From positions 1,174 to 65,173 of the forward strand of contig JBLIRK010000007.1 in the NCBI GenBank assembly GCA_048569615.1: DNA of 64,000 nucleotides, read 5' to 3'. Source of the DNA: Thermoplasmatota archaeon. GTDB lineage: Archaea; Thermoplasmatota; Penumbrarchaeia; Penumbrarchaeales; Penumbrarchaeaceae. The translations under genes and the position numbers were made by a program. Below, piece after piece: positions 47,440-57,366 of the stretch (position 1 is the first letter of the stretch; each line of letters begins with the position of its first letter). The notes under the pieces are model-generated. The model did no database searches, was not told the origin of the DNA, and worked only from the letters and a program-made list of their open reading frames with translations.

Positions 47440-50400
47440 TCACTTCTTCTCTGGTATGACCAGAGTCACACCGCATTCCTTGCAAGGCACCTCGGCGGGC
47501 CTCTTGTCGATGGAGACGACCTGCTGGGTCATGCACTTGGGGCACTGGACCTTCACATTCTCCTTCGATGCGGGCTTCTTGTCAGAGACCGGTGCGAGTT
47601 TTCCGGGAGCCGAGGGGAGACCGGCAGCAGCTCCGCTCGGGGCCATGGGGGCGCCGGCGGCTTCCTTGATGACCTTCCTGGGACCGCCCGGACCTCCTTC
47701 GGCCTTTAGCTTGCTTATTATCTCCTCCAGCTCCTTGACCTCCCTGTTCTTGTTCATAGACAGCAATACAGCGGCTATTATCGCCAGCAGAGCGACAAGT
47801 GCAAGGGCTCCTATGAACCATATACTGCCAAGTATCGAGCTGAAATTGAAGCGGGATACGCTCAATTTCTTTGCCTTGGCCTCGTTGTTGGAGGTCGAGG
47901 TTTCGATTATGGCATCACCCTCGTTGATCCTCACCTCGAGCTTGTGGTCTCCCGCTGTTGCCTCCCACTCGAAGACGAAGGTGGTGTTGTCGCCCGCCCC
48001 TATGTTGTCCGGATCGGTCCTGATGGCCTTGTTGCCGTCATAGAGCGTCACCTCGACATCCTCGGCTAGGGCGGACCCTTCGTTGAATACCGTAACCTCC
48101 ACTTCGTAGATCTCGCCGTCCACCGGGTTCGAGGGCAGCCTGATGTCCTTGGCAGCCAATGTCAGATCGGGGACAAGAGCTGTCACGTGGATGGTGAAGT
48201 AGATCCTCTCCTGCTTCCCGGCACTGGAGCCGTCATCGGGGATGACCTCGAACCTGAGGTCCTTGTAGCCGGAATAGAAGCCGTCGGTCGGCTGGAACCT
48301 GATGGTAACGGTGATCTCCTCCTCGTCTCCCATGGGTATCGCCACATGGGCCTTGGACACGGTAATCTCCCATCCGGCAGGATTCGAGGGCTTCTTTATC
48401 TCGAAGGTGTCGTCCTTGTTGCCGAGGTTTTCCAGGGTCACCTTGATCTCAAGGTCCTCGTCGTCATTGACCTCCCACCTTTCGGGACTTGCTGCCTCCG
48501 CACCCTTGCTTACATCCGCCACTTCCGCCTTGAAGACCTGCTCCACATCCACCGTGAAATCCAACTCCTCGGGGGCCTTGTCCCTGTCTCCCTTGGAAGA
48601 CACTTCGACGGTGAATTCGTAGCTGTCCGCCTCTACGTCCCGCGGCTCCCTTACCTCATCGAGATCGGGTATGGTGACGTTGAAAAATACATATATCTCC
48701 TCGTCGGGCAGGAGAGTGATCGCCCGGTATTGGTTCGGGATATCCACCCAGTTGTCCTTGTTGCCCTTCACATCGACCTCGAATGTATCTTCGGTGTTTG
48801 CCCTGTTGTGCAGCTTGAACCTGAAGGTGATCCTGTCTCCCGGTTCCGCTTCCTCTGTGTCCTTGTCCGTTTCGAGTGTGTGCTCGAAGGATTCCTCTAT
48901 CTCGATGCGGAGAAGTATCCAGTCGGTTGCCTTCTCCCTCTCGGTCTTGGAGGTGGAGTCCCTCATCACGGAGATGTTGAAGTAGTAGAAGCCTGCAAGG
49001 GCATCCTGGTTGTCGTCCGGGACCCTGATGGTAAGGGTGAAGCCCTTCTCGTCCGATGTCCTCCCCTTTGCGTCAAGTGAGAGCTTGGAATTGGAAAGGG
49101 TTGCCCAGTTGTCGGTATCCTCCTCCCGGACCTCGATCCTGAATGTGTCGTCCTCGTTGCCGAGATTGGCCAGGGTCAGGTCGAAGACTATGTCGTCACC
49201 TACCCTGCTCTTCTTCTCCTCGGATTCCGCCGTCACCTCGACGCCGTAGGTCTGCTGGACGTCGATGGTGAACTCCTTCCAAGCCGTCACGTAGTCTTCA
49301 GAGGTCCGGAAACCGGTAGTTTCTCCCTCGGATATCCATCTCGCCTTGAAGCTGTACCTTCCCGTGAGAGTGTCGGCGGGCATCTCTACCTTGATCCTTA
49401 GAGAGACCAGCTTGCCCTTTCCTACCTCGTATATCTCCTTACCGCCAAAATAGAGGAACTGGAAATCCTCGGGCAGGCTCTCGTCTATCTCCAGCTGGAA
49501 ATTGTCGTTACCGGTTCCGGTATTCTTTACCTGTATGTCGAAGTAGACCTCCATCTTCGTTGGATCGGTCTTGTTGAGGAAGGTCGGGAACAGATCGTTA
49601 CCCCTGATGTCGGCGCCATAGGCCTGCTTGACCTTTGTGATGAGCTTGAGGGGCTCGGAGTATTTGTTATCCGCAGCGACATCGCCCTCCGAATAGGCCC
49701 ATATGGTGGTGTTGAAGTCGAATACCCGGTAGCTCGAATCCGGGATCTTCACGCTAACGGTTATGGTCTCGGACTGGCCCTTGGGGATCTGTGTCGTTAC
49801 CTTCTTGCTGAGGGTCACCCATTCCGGATACTGTGAGAATTCGATGTTGTCCCATACCTCCTGGGAAACGGCAGCCGGGCGCGTCATGCCCGACTTCAGC
49901 ACCTCAAGCTTGAAGGTGTCCGCGTCCTCACCCTTGTTCCTGACCTGGACCTCGTAGAGGACTTCGGTGGTTCTTTCATCGACGTCCGGCGTGATCTCCT
50001 TTGTCTCCTCGCTGGAGACAAGCTCAAGGTCCCTCCTGGGCTCCACCTTGACCCTCAGCGGCTGCTGGTCGGTCTTGTCCGTGTCGCCCTTGGAGATCGC
50101 CTTTATCGTAAAGGTTACCTCCTCCGCGGCAGCGGATTCAGGTATGTCTATCTCGACCCAGATGGTCTTGTCACCGTCTATAGCCAGATCATCGACCGAT
50201 GTCTCCAGGGTATTGACCCCTCCAGTGACGAAACCGAAGTCCGCCCATTGGGATTTGCTCGAGGAGAGCTCGATATCGAAACCGTCAAGCGTGTTGCCCT
50301 TGTTCTTCAGCTTGACGCTGAAGGTAACCAATTCGGTGGGTTCGGCCTCCTTCAGGGTGGTCCCCGTCGGAACAGTGAGATCCGGGAGGAACTCCTCGTT

Positions 50401-53400
50401 CACGTCAACATCGAAGCCGGTCAGTGTGTATGCGCTCTTCCCCGACACCGAAGCGTTGAATGTGAAGGTTATCTTTCCCGCAATGGCAGAGCTCTTGACA
50501 TCGATGGTCGCGATAATGTCGGTGGCGCTGTTTGGTTTCAGGCCCGACACCGTTGAGGGGGATATGGATACCCAATTGGAATAACCAGTCGGATTTGTTG
50601 TCTGCAATTTCACATTGATCGTGGCCGGCTCGTTGCCCTTGTTGGTTATATTGAGCTTTATGTTGGTGAGCTTGGTGCCCGGATCGGCGCTTGCCGACCC
50701 TTGGGGTATTATGAACTGGACCTTGTAGACCGGCATTACCTTCACCTTGATGGTGAAAGTGTCGACCACGATATCGTCCAGGTCCTGTGTGGTCTCTCCC
50801 TCCGATGTTGCCTTGACGCTCAATTCGTAGGTCCCGGTCTCTATGATCTTGTCATCGATGGAGGGAACGGTCACGTTCACCCATATGGATGCCCTTGCCT
50901 CGGAGGCAAGGACGATCAGTGATGGCGATATCTCGATGTTGTCGAAGAGCTCGGAGACCGATGTCTTTTCCACCTCGATGGAGAATGTGTCAGATGTCCT
51001 GGTTCCCCTGTTCTGAAGACTCATCAGGAAGGAGGCTGCCTCGCCCGGGAGGGCCTGCTCGAAATCGTCATTGGTGGCAAGGTTCCCGGCATAGGCATCC
51101 GCGAATACGGCGGTGAAGTACCTCTCGTCAAATATGGTCTCATCCTCCGAGTGAGTGGCCTTTACCTTGACCCAGACAGAGCCCCAGTCGGTGTTCACAT
51201 CCTGTGCGATGGTGGCCGTGAGGGTGATCACTTCCTGCTCCAGGGGAGCGAGGACCCTTGTCGTCTGGTTCGCTGTCGGAATGCTCCAGCTCACTTTAGT
51301 GCCGTAATCCGGGTGCTGTATGCTTAGACCATAATAATCGTTCGTGGTTCCCCTGTTCTGGATCACAACGCTGAACTTGACGTTGCTTCCCAGTGCCACC
51401 TGGCTGCTGTTTATTCCGGAGAGTATCCTCACTCTATGGACCGGATCAAGGACCAGGTTGAGGGTTATGGTCTTGATCTTGTCGTCAGCCGTGTTGGTCA
51501 GGGTTCCGTTGTCGGACCTGGTCTCAACGGTGAACTGATAGGTCCCTGCGCTGATGCCGGAGCTTATCTTTGGCATGTCCATTGTCATCCTGGCTGCCTT
51601 GGATTCACCTCCGTTTATTGTGATCTGGCTCTTGCTGTTCTCCACGAAATTGATGGTGTAAAGGCCGGCGAAGCCGCTGGGTGCCTGCTTCACGCTCACC
51701 TTGATGGATGTGTCGGTCCCCGACCCTCTATTGAAGACGTCCATATCGAAATAGACCTTCCTGGCGGGTCCCGTATCGTTGGAGAACTGTCCCCTCATGC
51801 TCTCCCTGTTGGCAGTTATGTCCACGGCGTAGAGCTGGGGGATCCTCACGGAGAGCCAGATGGTCTTGAACACGTTGCTGTTCTGGGAGCTTGCGTTCAC
51901 CATGAACCGGTATGTTCCCTCGGTCGACGTGGAGGGAGCCGAAACGGTTATGTTGAAGTAATAGACCTGGTCCGAATCGAGCAGCGGGGTGGTCGCCGCG
52001 GAGATCAGAGGGCTCCAGTCGGTCTGGATCTGCTGTGTTTCCCCGTTGACGGCCAGGTTGAAGGCATCCCTTCCGTTCCCTTTGTTCTGGAGTCTCACCA
52101 TTATGCTGTATGTGTTCCCGGGCTGGCCCCGGGATATGATGGCGCCGTTGGGCGCATCCAGGAACGCTCCGTAGTCCTTGTTTATCTTCGCCTGGAAGCT
52201 GGATGATACCGAGGGACCATGGGTGGAGTTGGCGTAGATCTTCAGTGTATAGGTCTGGGCAAGGACTATGTCGGCATCGGGGGTCACAGTGACGGTGACG
52301 AGCTGCTTGCCGTCCCTGGGAAGGGTGATGGAGGAGGGCTCCACGGAGGTATCCTGGAATCCGTCGGGATACTGGACCTCAAAGTCGAAATCGTCCTGGT
52401 CGTTCCCGATGTTCGTAACGTTGAATGTGAAGGTGATGGTCCCGTCCGGGTCCACTGTCTTAAGGGATGAGCCCGTGTTCAGAATCCTGACATCATAGAA
52501 AGGCTGGACGACGCAGGAGACCTTGACAGACCTCTTGATGTTGCCATCCCCAACGGAGGTGGCGTTGATGTAGAACTCTCCCTTGGAGTTCACCGCCGGC
52601 CTCAGGGATTTTGAGGGCGGATAGGCGAAGAAGGTGACGTTCACCTTCCCGTCAGCCACGACCTTGGAGGTCGTGGTCGTTGAAAGGTCTCCGCCCCATC
52701 CCGCTGTAATGTACTGTGGCGGGATGTAATATTGAAGGTTGAACTGGTCCTCTCCGTTTCCAAGGTTCGTTATCTGGACGTTGAAGTTCACAACGGTCTG
52801 TGTCGTGATGTCCACCTGTTTGACACCCTCGGACTGAATGGAGAGCTTGTATTCCTGCTTCACATTGGTGGTTATCGTCCTTGTTGCCGAGGTGGTGTTG
52901 TCGGTAAGGGACCGGGCCCTTACCGTGACCTGGTACGTCTGGGCCTTGGCATTGGATGGGGATTGGATCGTAACTATCGCCTGTTTCTTGGTGTTGGGTT
53001 CGAACTTTCCGGTATCGAAATCTATGGATGCCGACCATCCTGTGGGCACTGTGGTGGCCTCGAGGTTGTATCCGTCCAGATCGTTCCCGCTGTTGGTCAC
53101 GTTGAACCTGTAGGTGACGGCGTCGCCCGGATAGACGTTCTTGATTCCGGGGGATTCCAGCAGAACCCCGTAGGTCCTCTTGATTATCGTGGAAAGAAGA
53201 ACAGACTGGGATGAGTTGATGGGATCGTTCTGGGACGTCGCTTTGATGGTGGCATAGCAGTAAGCGGAGATGTTCACCCCCGTTGGAGCCCTGACGCTCA
53301 CGGTGAAGGTGTCGGTCCCGCCACTGGCTATGTTGGACGTGGTGGTCTTGGATAATGTGACCTGCCATCCGGTCGGTGAAGTGGAGACCGTGCTGCTGAT

Positions 53401-53634
53401 GGTGTACCTGTCCCCGTTGTTGCCCTCGTTGGTTAGTGTGAAGGCGTAGGTGACCTGCTGGCCGGCGCTTACCTCCTTGCTGGCCTTGTCCACCGTCAAG
53501 CTTACATCGTATGCCTGAACGGAGTTTCCAACGGGCATGTTGTAAACGAAAACCGCAAGCCCGCTTGCCACAAGAATGATGATCGCAAAGATCTGGAAGA
53601 GCCTCTTCCATTCGCTCGAAGATTTGGCTTTCAT
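47440..53634 (-). CDS. Giant surface protein (2064 aa): about 16 tandem NEW3/CARDB-like Ig repeats, C-terminal TM, cytoplasmic zinc ribbon
   Basis: N-terminal hydrophobic segment; 16 N-x-G-x-x-x-D-type motifs counted by eye at roughly 110-120 aa spacing; TM IWFIGALALVALLAIIAAVLL; tail CPKC..CKEC. Confidence 0.88.
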   Translation of the reverse strand: MKAKSSSEWKRLFQIFAIIILVASGLAVFVYNMPVGNSVQAYDVSLTVDKASKEVSAGQQVTYAFTLTNEGNNGDRYTISSTVSTSPTGWQVTLSKTTTSNIASGGTDTFTVSVRAPTGVNISAYCYATIKATSQNDPINSSQSVLLSTIIKRTYGVLLESPGIKNVYPGDAVTYRFNVTNSGNDLDGYNLEATTVPTGWSASIDFDTGKFEPNTKKQAIVTIQSPSNAKAQTYQVTVRARSLTDNTTSATRTITTNVKQEYKLSIQSEGVKQVDITTQTVVNFNVQITNLGNGEDQFNLQYYIPPQYITAGWGGDLSTTTTSKVVADGKVNVTFFAYPPSKSLRPAVNSKGEFYINATSVGDGNIKRSVKVSCVVQPFYDVRILNTGSSLKTVDPDGTITFTFNVTNIGNDQDDFDFEVQYPDGFQDTSVEPSSITLPRDGKQLVTVTVTPDADIVLAQTYTLKIYANSTHGPSVSSSFQAKINKDYGAFLDAPNGAIISRGQPGNTYSIMVRLQNKGNGRDAFNLAVNGETQQIQTDWSPLISAATTPLLDSDQVYYFNITVSAPSTSTEGTYRFMVNASSQNSNVFKTIWLSVRIPQLYAVDITANRESMRGQFSNDTGPARKVYFDMDVFNRGSGTDTSIKVSVKQAPSGFAGLYTINFVENSKSQITINGGESKAARMTMDMPKISSGISAGTYQFTVETRSDNGTLTNTADDKIKTITLNLVLDPVHRVRILSGINSSQVALGSNVKFSVVIQNRGTTNDYYGLSIQHPDYGTKVSWSIPTANQTTRVLAPLEQEVITLTATIAQDVNTDWGSVWVKVKATHSEDETIFDERYFTAVFADAYAGNLATNDDFEQALPGEAASFLMSLQNRGTRTSDTFSIEVEKTSVSELFDNIEISPSLIVLASEARASIWVNVTVPSIDDKIIETGTYELSVKATSEGETTQDLDDIVVDTFTIKVKVMPVYKVQFIIPQGSASADPGTKLTNIKLNITNKGNEPATINVKLQTTNPTGYSNWVSISPSTVSGLKPNSATDIIATIDVKSSAIAGKITFTFNASVSGKSAYTLTGFDVDVNEEFLPDLTVPTGTTLKEAEPTELVTFSVKLKNKGNTLDGFDIELSSSKSQWADFGFVTGGVNTLETSVDDLAIDGDKTIWVEIDIPESAAAEEVTFTIKAISKGDTDKTDQQPLRVKVEPRRDLELVSSEETKEITPDVDERTTEVLYEVQVRNKGEDADTFKLEVLKSGMTRPAAVSQEVWDNIEFSQYPEWVTLSKKVTTQIPKGQSETITVSVKIPDSSYRVFDFNTTIWAYSEGDVAADNKYSEPLKLITKVKQAYGADIRGNDLFPTFLNKTDPTKMEVYFDIQVKNTGTGNDNFQLEIDESLPEDFQFLYFGGKEIYEVGKGKLVSLRIKVEMPADTLTGRYSFKARWISEGETTGFRTSEDYVTAWKEFTIDVQQTYGVEVTAESEEKKSRVGDDIVFDLTLANLGNEDDTFRIEVREEDTDNWATLSNSKLSLDAKGRTSDEKGFTLTIRVPDDNQDALAGFYYFNISVMRDSTSKTEREKATDWILLRIEIEESFEHTLETDKDTEEAEPGDRITFRFKLHNRANTEDTFEVDVKGNKDNWVDIPNQYRAITLLPDEEIYVFFNVTIPDLDEVREPRDVEADSYEFTVEVSSKGDRDKAPEELDFTVDVEQVFKAEVADVSKGAEAASPERWEVNDDEDLEIKVTLENLGNKDDTFEIKKPSNPAGWEITVSKAHVAIPMGDEEEITVTIRFQPTDGFYSGYKDLRFEVIPDDGSSAGKQERIYFTIHVTALVPDLTLAAKDIRLPSNPVDGEIYEVEVTVFNEGSALAEDVEVTLYDGNKAIRTDPDNIGAGDNTTFVFEWEATAGDHKLEVRINEGDAIIETSTSNNEAKAKKLSVSRFNFSSILGSIWFIGALALVALLAIIAAVLLSMNKNREVKELEEIISKLKAEGGPGGPRKVIKEAAGAPMAPSGAAAGLPSAPGKLAPVSDKKPASKENVKVQCPKCMTQQVVSIDKRPAEVPCKECGVTLVIPEKK

Positions 53635-53700
53635 GGTATGACCTCTGCTGGAGGGAAATTTTGAATGTTATTTAATACTTGTTGATGAATACTCTAGATA

Positions 53701-53805
53701 TTATCGATTTTTTGTATTAAAAATGTTAATATTTTTAATATTAATGTATTATATAATTATTATTTTTTTTCCAATTAGTATTATATATGGATTAAATATA
53801 TAAGG
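53701..53805. promoter_or_regulatory. Extremely AT-rich divergent promoter region with 9-bp inverted repeat
   Basis: 10 G/C in 53701-53800 (counted); ATTAAAAAT-GTTAAT-ATTTTTAAT at 53716-53739; several TATA-like runs. Confidence 0.65.
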
Positions 53806-53827
53806 ATTCTCATAGGTGGAATGACCA

Positions 53828-54580
53828 ATGGGCGACCTGCTTACCATTCGATTGCCGGATTATGAAAAGGATGCGCTGGACTTCTCATCCCACCTGAGCG
53901 AGATGCCCGTGTCGAAGGTAATACTTCCCTTCATTTCCGAGGGGGTGAAGGTGAGCCTCGGCGCAGTCCTCATACAGAGAATAGACAGATCATACGTCTA
54001 TGGCAGGAGGAATCACGAACAGTTCGTGGAGCTAATGATGTCCATCGTGAGCTCGACCAATCCGGGGAGCGCCGTGGGCATGATGGAAAACACCCATGAA
54101 AGAGTGCCCAAGATAATCTGGGATTTCTTCGACCTTCTGGAAGAGACGAGGGCAGTGGGGAGAATAAATACGGCACTTGAAGAGGTCGCACTTACCCCGG
54201 ATGCAAGCTTCATCACCCCCGAGAACCTCAGGTCGCTGTGTTATTCCATTGGTGATTCATACCTTATGCACGGCGGCTCCCTGGAGTCCATGAACTACCA
54301 GCTGGCAAACGAGATATTCTTCAAGAGGATGCTGTATCTGCTCTACCGATGCAACGCCACGGGAACCGCCAAATCGCTCTCCACCCAATGGTATGCCCAC
54401 CAGGACATGATATCAAGGCTCGCTAACGAGATGAACGACCGTTACTCCGAAAAGTCAAAATCCAGACCTGTTGAGGCCATAGTTGTGACCGGAAGCAAGA
54501 AAAAGAGAGGGCGCCCCCCGAAAAGGAAGAAGAAAGCCCTTCCCCCCGCTCCCCAGGTAATGGCAAAGGAGATCAAATAG
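53828..54580 (+). CDS. Putative DNA-binding protein: N-terminal ribbon-helix-helix-like motif and C-terminal AT-hook
   Basis: DLLTIRLPDYEKDALDFSSHLSEMPVSKVILPFISEG (RHH-like); KKKRGRPPKRKKK at 54497-54535. Confidence 0.6.
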   Translation: MGDLLTIRLPDYEKDALDFSSHLSEMPVSKVILPFISEGVKVSLGAVLIQRIDRSYVYGRRNHEQFVELMMSIVSSTNPGSAVGMMENTHERVPKIIWDFFDLLEETRAVGRINTALEEVALTPDASFITPENLRSLCYSIGDSYLMHGGSLESMNYQLANEIFFKRMLYLLYRCNATGTAKSLSTQWYAHQDMISRLANEMNDRYSEKSKSRPVEAIVVTGSKKKRGRPPKRKKKALPPAPQVMAKEIK

Positions 54581-54582
54581 GC

Positions 54583-55428
54583 CTATCCGTACATCGAGGG
54601 CAGGGGGGCCGAGCTCTTGCCCCCGGGTTTGGAAACCTGCTGGTATCCCCTCATCTTTGCCTCCAGGAGGTCCGCTTCGGCATATAAAGGTCCCAGATCG
54701 ATCTCGAGATACGGGATTATTTTACGGAGAACTTCGATGATACCCGCCGCGGCCCTGGCGTCAGGGATGTTGTCGCGGGCCTCCGCCAGAAGGCAGGTCA
54801 CCTCGAAGTTCCGTTTCTTGCCCTCGTTCAATAGGACTCCGGGGATCCCAGATATCAGCCCTTCGGGGAAGATCGGAACGCCCGCCTTGGAAAGCCTCTC
54901 CTTACCTGATGTGACCGAAGAGAGACCGAAGATGCTCTTGTCATGGTTGAGCTGCTTGGGCGCTACCTCCTCCATGGGCCCCTCATCCTCCTCGCCATCT
55001 TCATCTACATCGCCCTTCTGCGCTTTGGGCCCGGGGCCTTCACCCTCGATGACAAGCCCCTCAGGGGAGATCAGGCAGCTGCATTTCTGCTCATCGGCCC
55101 ACTCGAGCATGGAATTGCATATCATCTTGATCAGGTTCGAAGGGGGCTGGAACTCCGAAAGGAACACAACAAGCCTTGTCCAGTCGCCGTCCGGACCCTC
55201 CAGATCGCCGGCGTAGAAGCGGACGGGATGGTGGGGCTCCCCGTCCCTCACTACAGAAACGGTGGGGAAATAGACGGAATCCATGACGCCGATGAGTTCC
55301 ATGTCAAGGGCCGCCACTATGTAGCTTGCTGTTATCGTGCTCACCAAACCCACGGAGGGAAATCCGTCAATGATGAAGGAATCCCTAAGGTCCAGGCGTC
55401 TGTACTCGAATATCTCTATATCGTCCAT
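54583..55428 (-). CDS. Proteasome assembly chaperone (PAC2) family protein
   Basis: IIDGFPSVGLVST..YIV..P.RFY..G.ISGIPGVLL..LAEA..PDARAAA..L..EA..LE. Confidence 0.88.
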   Translation of the reverse strand: MDDIEIFEYRRLDLRDSFIIDGFPSVGLVSTITASYIVAALDMELIGVMDSVYFPTVSVVRDGEPHHPVRFYAGDLEGPDGDWTRLVVFLSEFQPPSNLIKMICNSMLEWADEQKCSCLISPEGLVIEGEGPGPKAQKGDVDEDGEEDEGPMEEVAPKQLNHDKSIFGLSSVTSGKERLSKAGVPIFPEGLISGIPGVLLNEGKKRNFEVTCLLAEARDNIPDARAAAGIIEVLRKIIPYLEIDLGPLYAEADLLEAKMRGYQQVSKPGGKSSAPLPSMYG

Positions 55429-55539
55429 TGGTGCCCCTTCCTTATGGCGGTGACATCGTTAGCGGGAAGCTTCCTTTTAATTCTGTCGCAGGTTCTTCTC
55501 TTATTTCATTATATACTAGATACAACTACTGCAGGAACC

Positions 55540-56244
55540 ATGGAGCGTCCCGTTATCCACATCAACTGCGCGGCCACCGTGGACGGGAAGATCTCAAAAC
55601 CGGACGGATCCCGCCTCCGCATCTCGGGCGAATGGGACATGGGGAGGGTTCACCGGCTGAGGGCGTCCCTTGGGGCAGTCCTGGTAGGGTCCGGGACCAT
55701 CATCAAGGACGACCCGAAGCTCACGGTCAAGGAAGTCCATGTTCCGGATCCTCCATCCATTTTCAAGGTTGTGATCGACGGAAGGGGGCGAATTCCTTCC
55801 GCTTCGAGGTTCCTAAGGACCAGAGGCCATTCCATAATCGCAACAAGGAGCGACTGCTCCCCAGATTGGAAAAGAAATATTCTGGAATCCATCGAGGACG
55901 AGGGCCTCGATGCTCGGATCATGGAATTCGAACCCTCTGAGAACACCATCGACATCGAAGTCCTTCTCAGGAAGCTTGCGGACCTGGGGGTGGACGGCAT
56001 CCTTGTCGAAGGGGGAAGCAGGACCATATGGGAATTCGTTTCCGGGGGGTTTTTCGACAAGTTCACCATCTATCTGGGTCCTATGGTGGTCGGAGGGAAC
56101 GGTCCCACGGTCATGTCGGGTCCTGGATTTGATGAGGCCCCGCTCAATGTGAAGATCATGAATGTGCAGGAAACCCCCGACGGAGGTCTGCTTGTCGAGA
56201 TGGAGCCTTCCGGTCAATATGCGAACCTGCTCCTTTCACCCTGA
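55540..56244 (+). CDS. 2,5-diamino-6-ribosylamino-4(3H)-pyrimidinone 5'-phosphate reductase (RibD-C/Rib7 type)
   Basis: [53 protein letters not shown]; real start is ATG 55540 inside track ORF 54943..56244. Confidence 0.9.
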   Translation: MERPVIHINCAATVDGKISKPDGSRLRISGEWDMGRVHRLRASLGAVLVGSGTIIKDDPKLTVKEVHVPDPPSIFKVVIDGRGRIPSASRFLRTRGHSIIATRSDCSPDWKRNILESIEDEGLDARIMEFEPSENTIDIEVLLRKLADLGVDGILVEGGSRTIWEFVSGGFFDKFTIYLGPMVVGGNGPTVMSGPGFDEAPLNVKIMNVQETPDGGLLVEMEPSGQYANLLLSP

Positions 56245-57332
56245 ACCTCGAGGAGCTTCTTAATCGCCTTCTTCTCCCTGATACCGGGATGCTTCGGGAC
56301 CTCGACCCTTACCTGGACGTAAAGATCCCCGAACCGGTTGGGATTGTGGATGTTCGGCATTCCCTTGCCCTTGATCCTGAGAATGGTATTGGGCTGCGTC
56401 CCCGCGGGCACCTTCATCTCCAAGGGTCCGTAGAGGGTGGGAACCTCCACCTTGGAGCCGAGGACCGCCTGGGGGTACGTTATCGAGATCTCGCACCTTA
56501 TATCGTTGCCGGCCCTTTCGAAGAACTTGTGAGGTTTCACTCCCACGGTCACGAACAGGTCCCCGGCGGGTGCCCCCTTCTCTCCTTCGTCCCCAAGACC
56601 GGAGATCCTGAGTCTTGTGTCCGTATCCACTCCCGGAGGGATGTTGATGGATTTCTTCAGCGTCTCCCGCACCTTCTTCTTGCCCCGGCATTTCTTGCAG
56701 GGATCGCCGATGACCTGTCCCTCGCCGCTGCACCTCGGACATGCCCTTGTTGTGACATACTGCACCGGGCCCAGGTTCTTGACCATCCTGAGGGAACCGG
56801 ACCCGTGGCACTCCGGGCATTCCTGGGGCTCTTCACCCTTCTCGGATCCTGTACCCAGGCATTTGGGGCATCTTATGAGATGGGCCACATCGAGGTCCTT
56901 CTCAACTCCAAGGGCGGCCTCTTCAAGGGTTATATTCACCGCCGCAACCCTGTCATCACCGGGTGCCGGGCCCCTTCTCCTGAAGGAACGCTCCTCGAAG
57001 GGATCCCCTCCGCCGAAGAAGGAACCGAATCCGCCTCCGAAGGACCTCATGAACATCCTAAGTGCCTCATCGAGGTCAACGTGGTGGTACTGGTAATTGG
57101 GCATACCGCCTTCCTCGGCTGCGAATCCGAACTGGTCGTACTGGGACCTCTTATCCTCGTCCGAGAGCACCTCGTAGGCTTCGGTCACCTCGGTGAACTT
57201 CTTTGCAGACGATGGGTCATCCGGATTCCTGTCGGGATGATACTTGAGGGCCAGCTTCCTGTATGCTTTCTCGATATCGGACTTGGTAGCGTCCTTCTGG
57301 ACGCCCAGAACCTCGTAGTAGTCCTTCTTCAT
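56214..57332 (-). CDS. dnaJ: Chaperone DnaJ (class A)
   Basis: [17 protein letters not shown]-rich region, four CxxCxGxG-type repeats, C-terminal substrate-binding domains. Confidence 0.97.
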   Translation of the reverse strand: MKKDYYEVLGVQKDATKSDIEKAYRKLALKYHPDRNPDDPSSAKKFTEVTEAYEVLSDEDKRSQYDQFGFAAEEGGMPNYQYHHVDLDEALRMFMRSFGGGFGSFFGGGDPFEERSFRRRGPAPGDDRVAAVNITLEEAALGVEKDLDVAHLIRCPKCLGTGSEKGEEPQECPECHGSGSLRMVKNLGPVQYVTTRACPRCSGEGQVIGDPCKKCRGKKKVRETLKKSINIPPGVDTDTRLRISGLGDEGEKGAPAGDLFVTVGVKPHKFFERAGNDIRCEISITYPQAVLGSKVEVPTLYGPLEMKVPAGTQPNTILRIKGKGMPNIHNPNRFGDLYVQVRVEVPKHPGIREKKAIKKLLEVQGERSRFAY

Positions 57333-57366
57333 GGTAAGCACTGCCCTCAAGCATCATATTCAGCGT

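Noticed and set aside
53701-53805. AT-rich stretch as a replication origin
   Set aside because: No ORB-like repeats recognised and no cdc6/orc1 in the window; kept only as a regulatory region.
54943-55539. N-terminal extension of the RibD-C reductase ORF
   Set aside because: Antisense to the PAC2 gene; reductase homology starts at ATG 55540.
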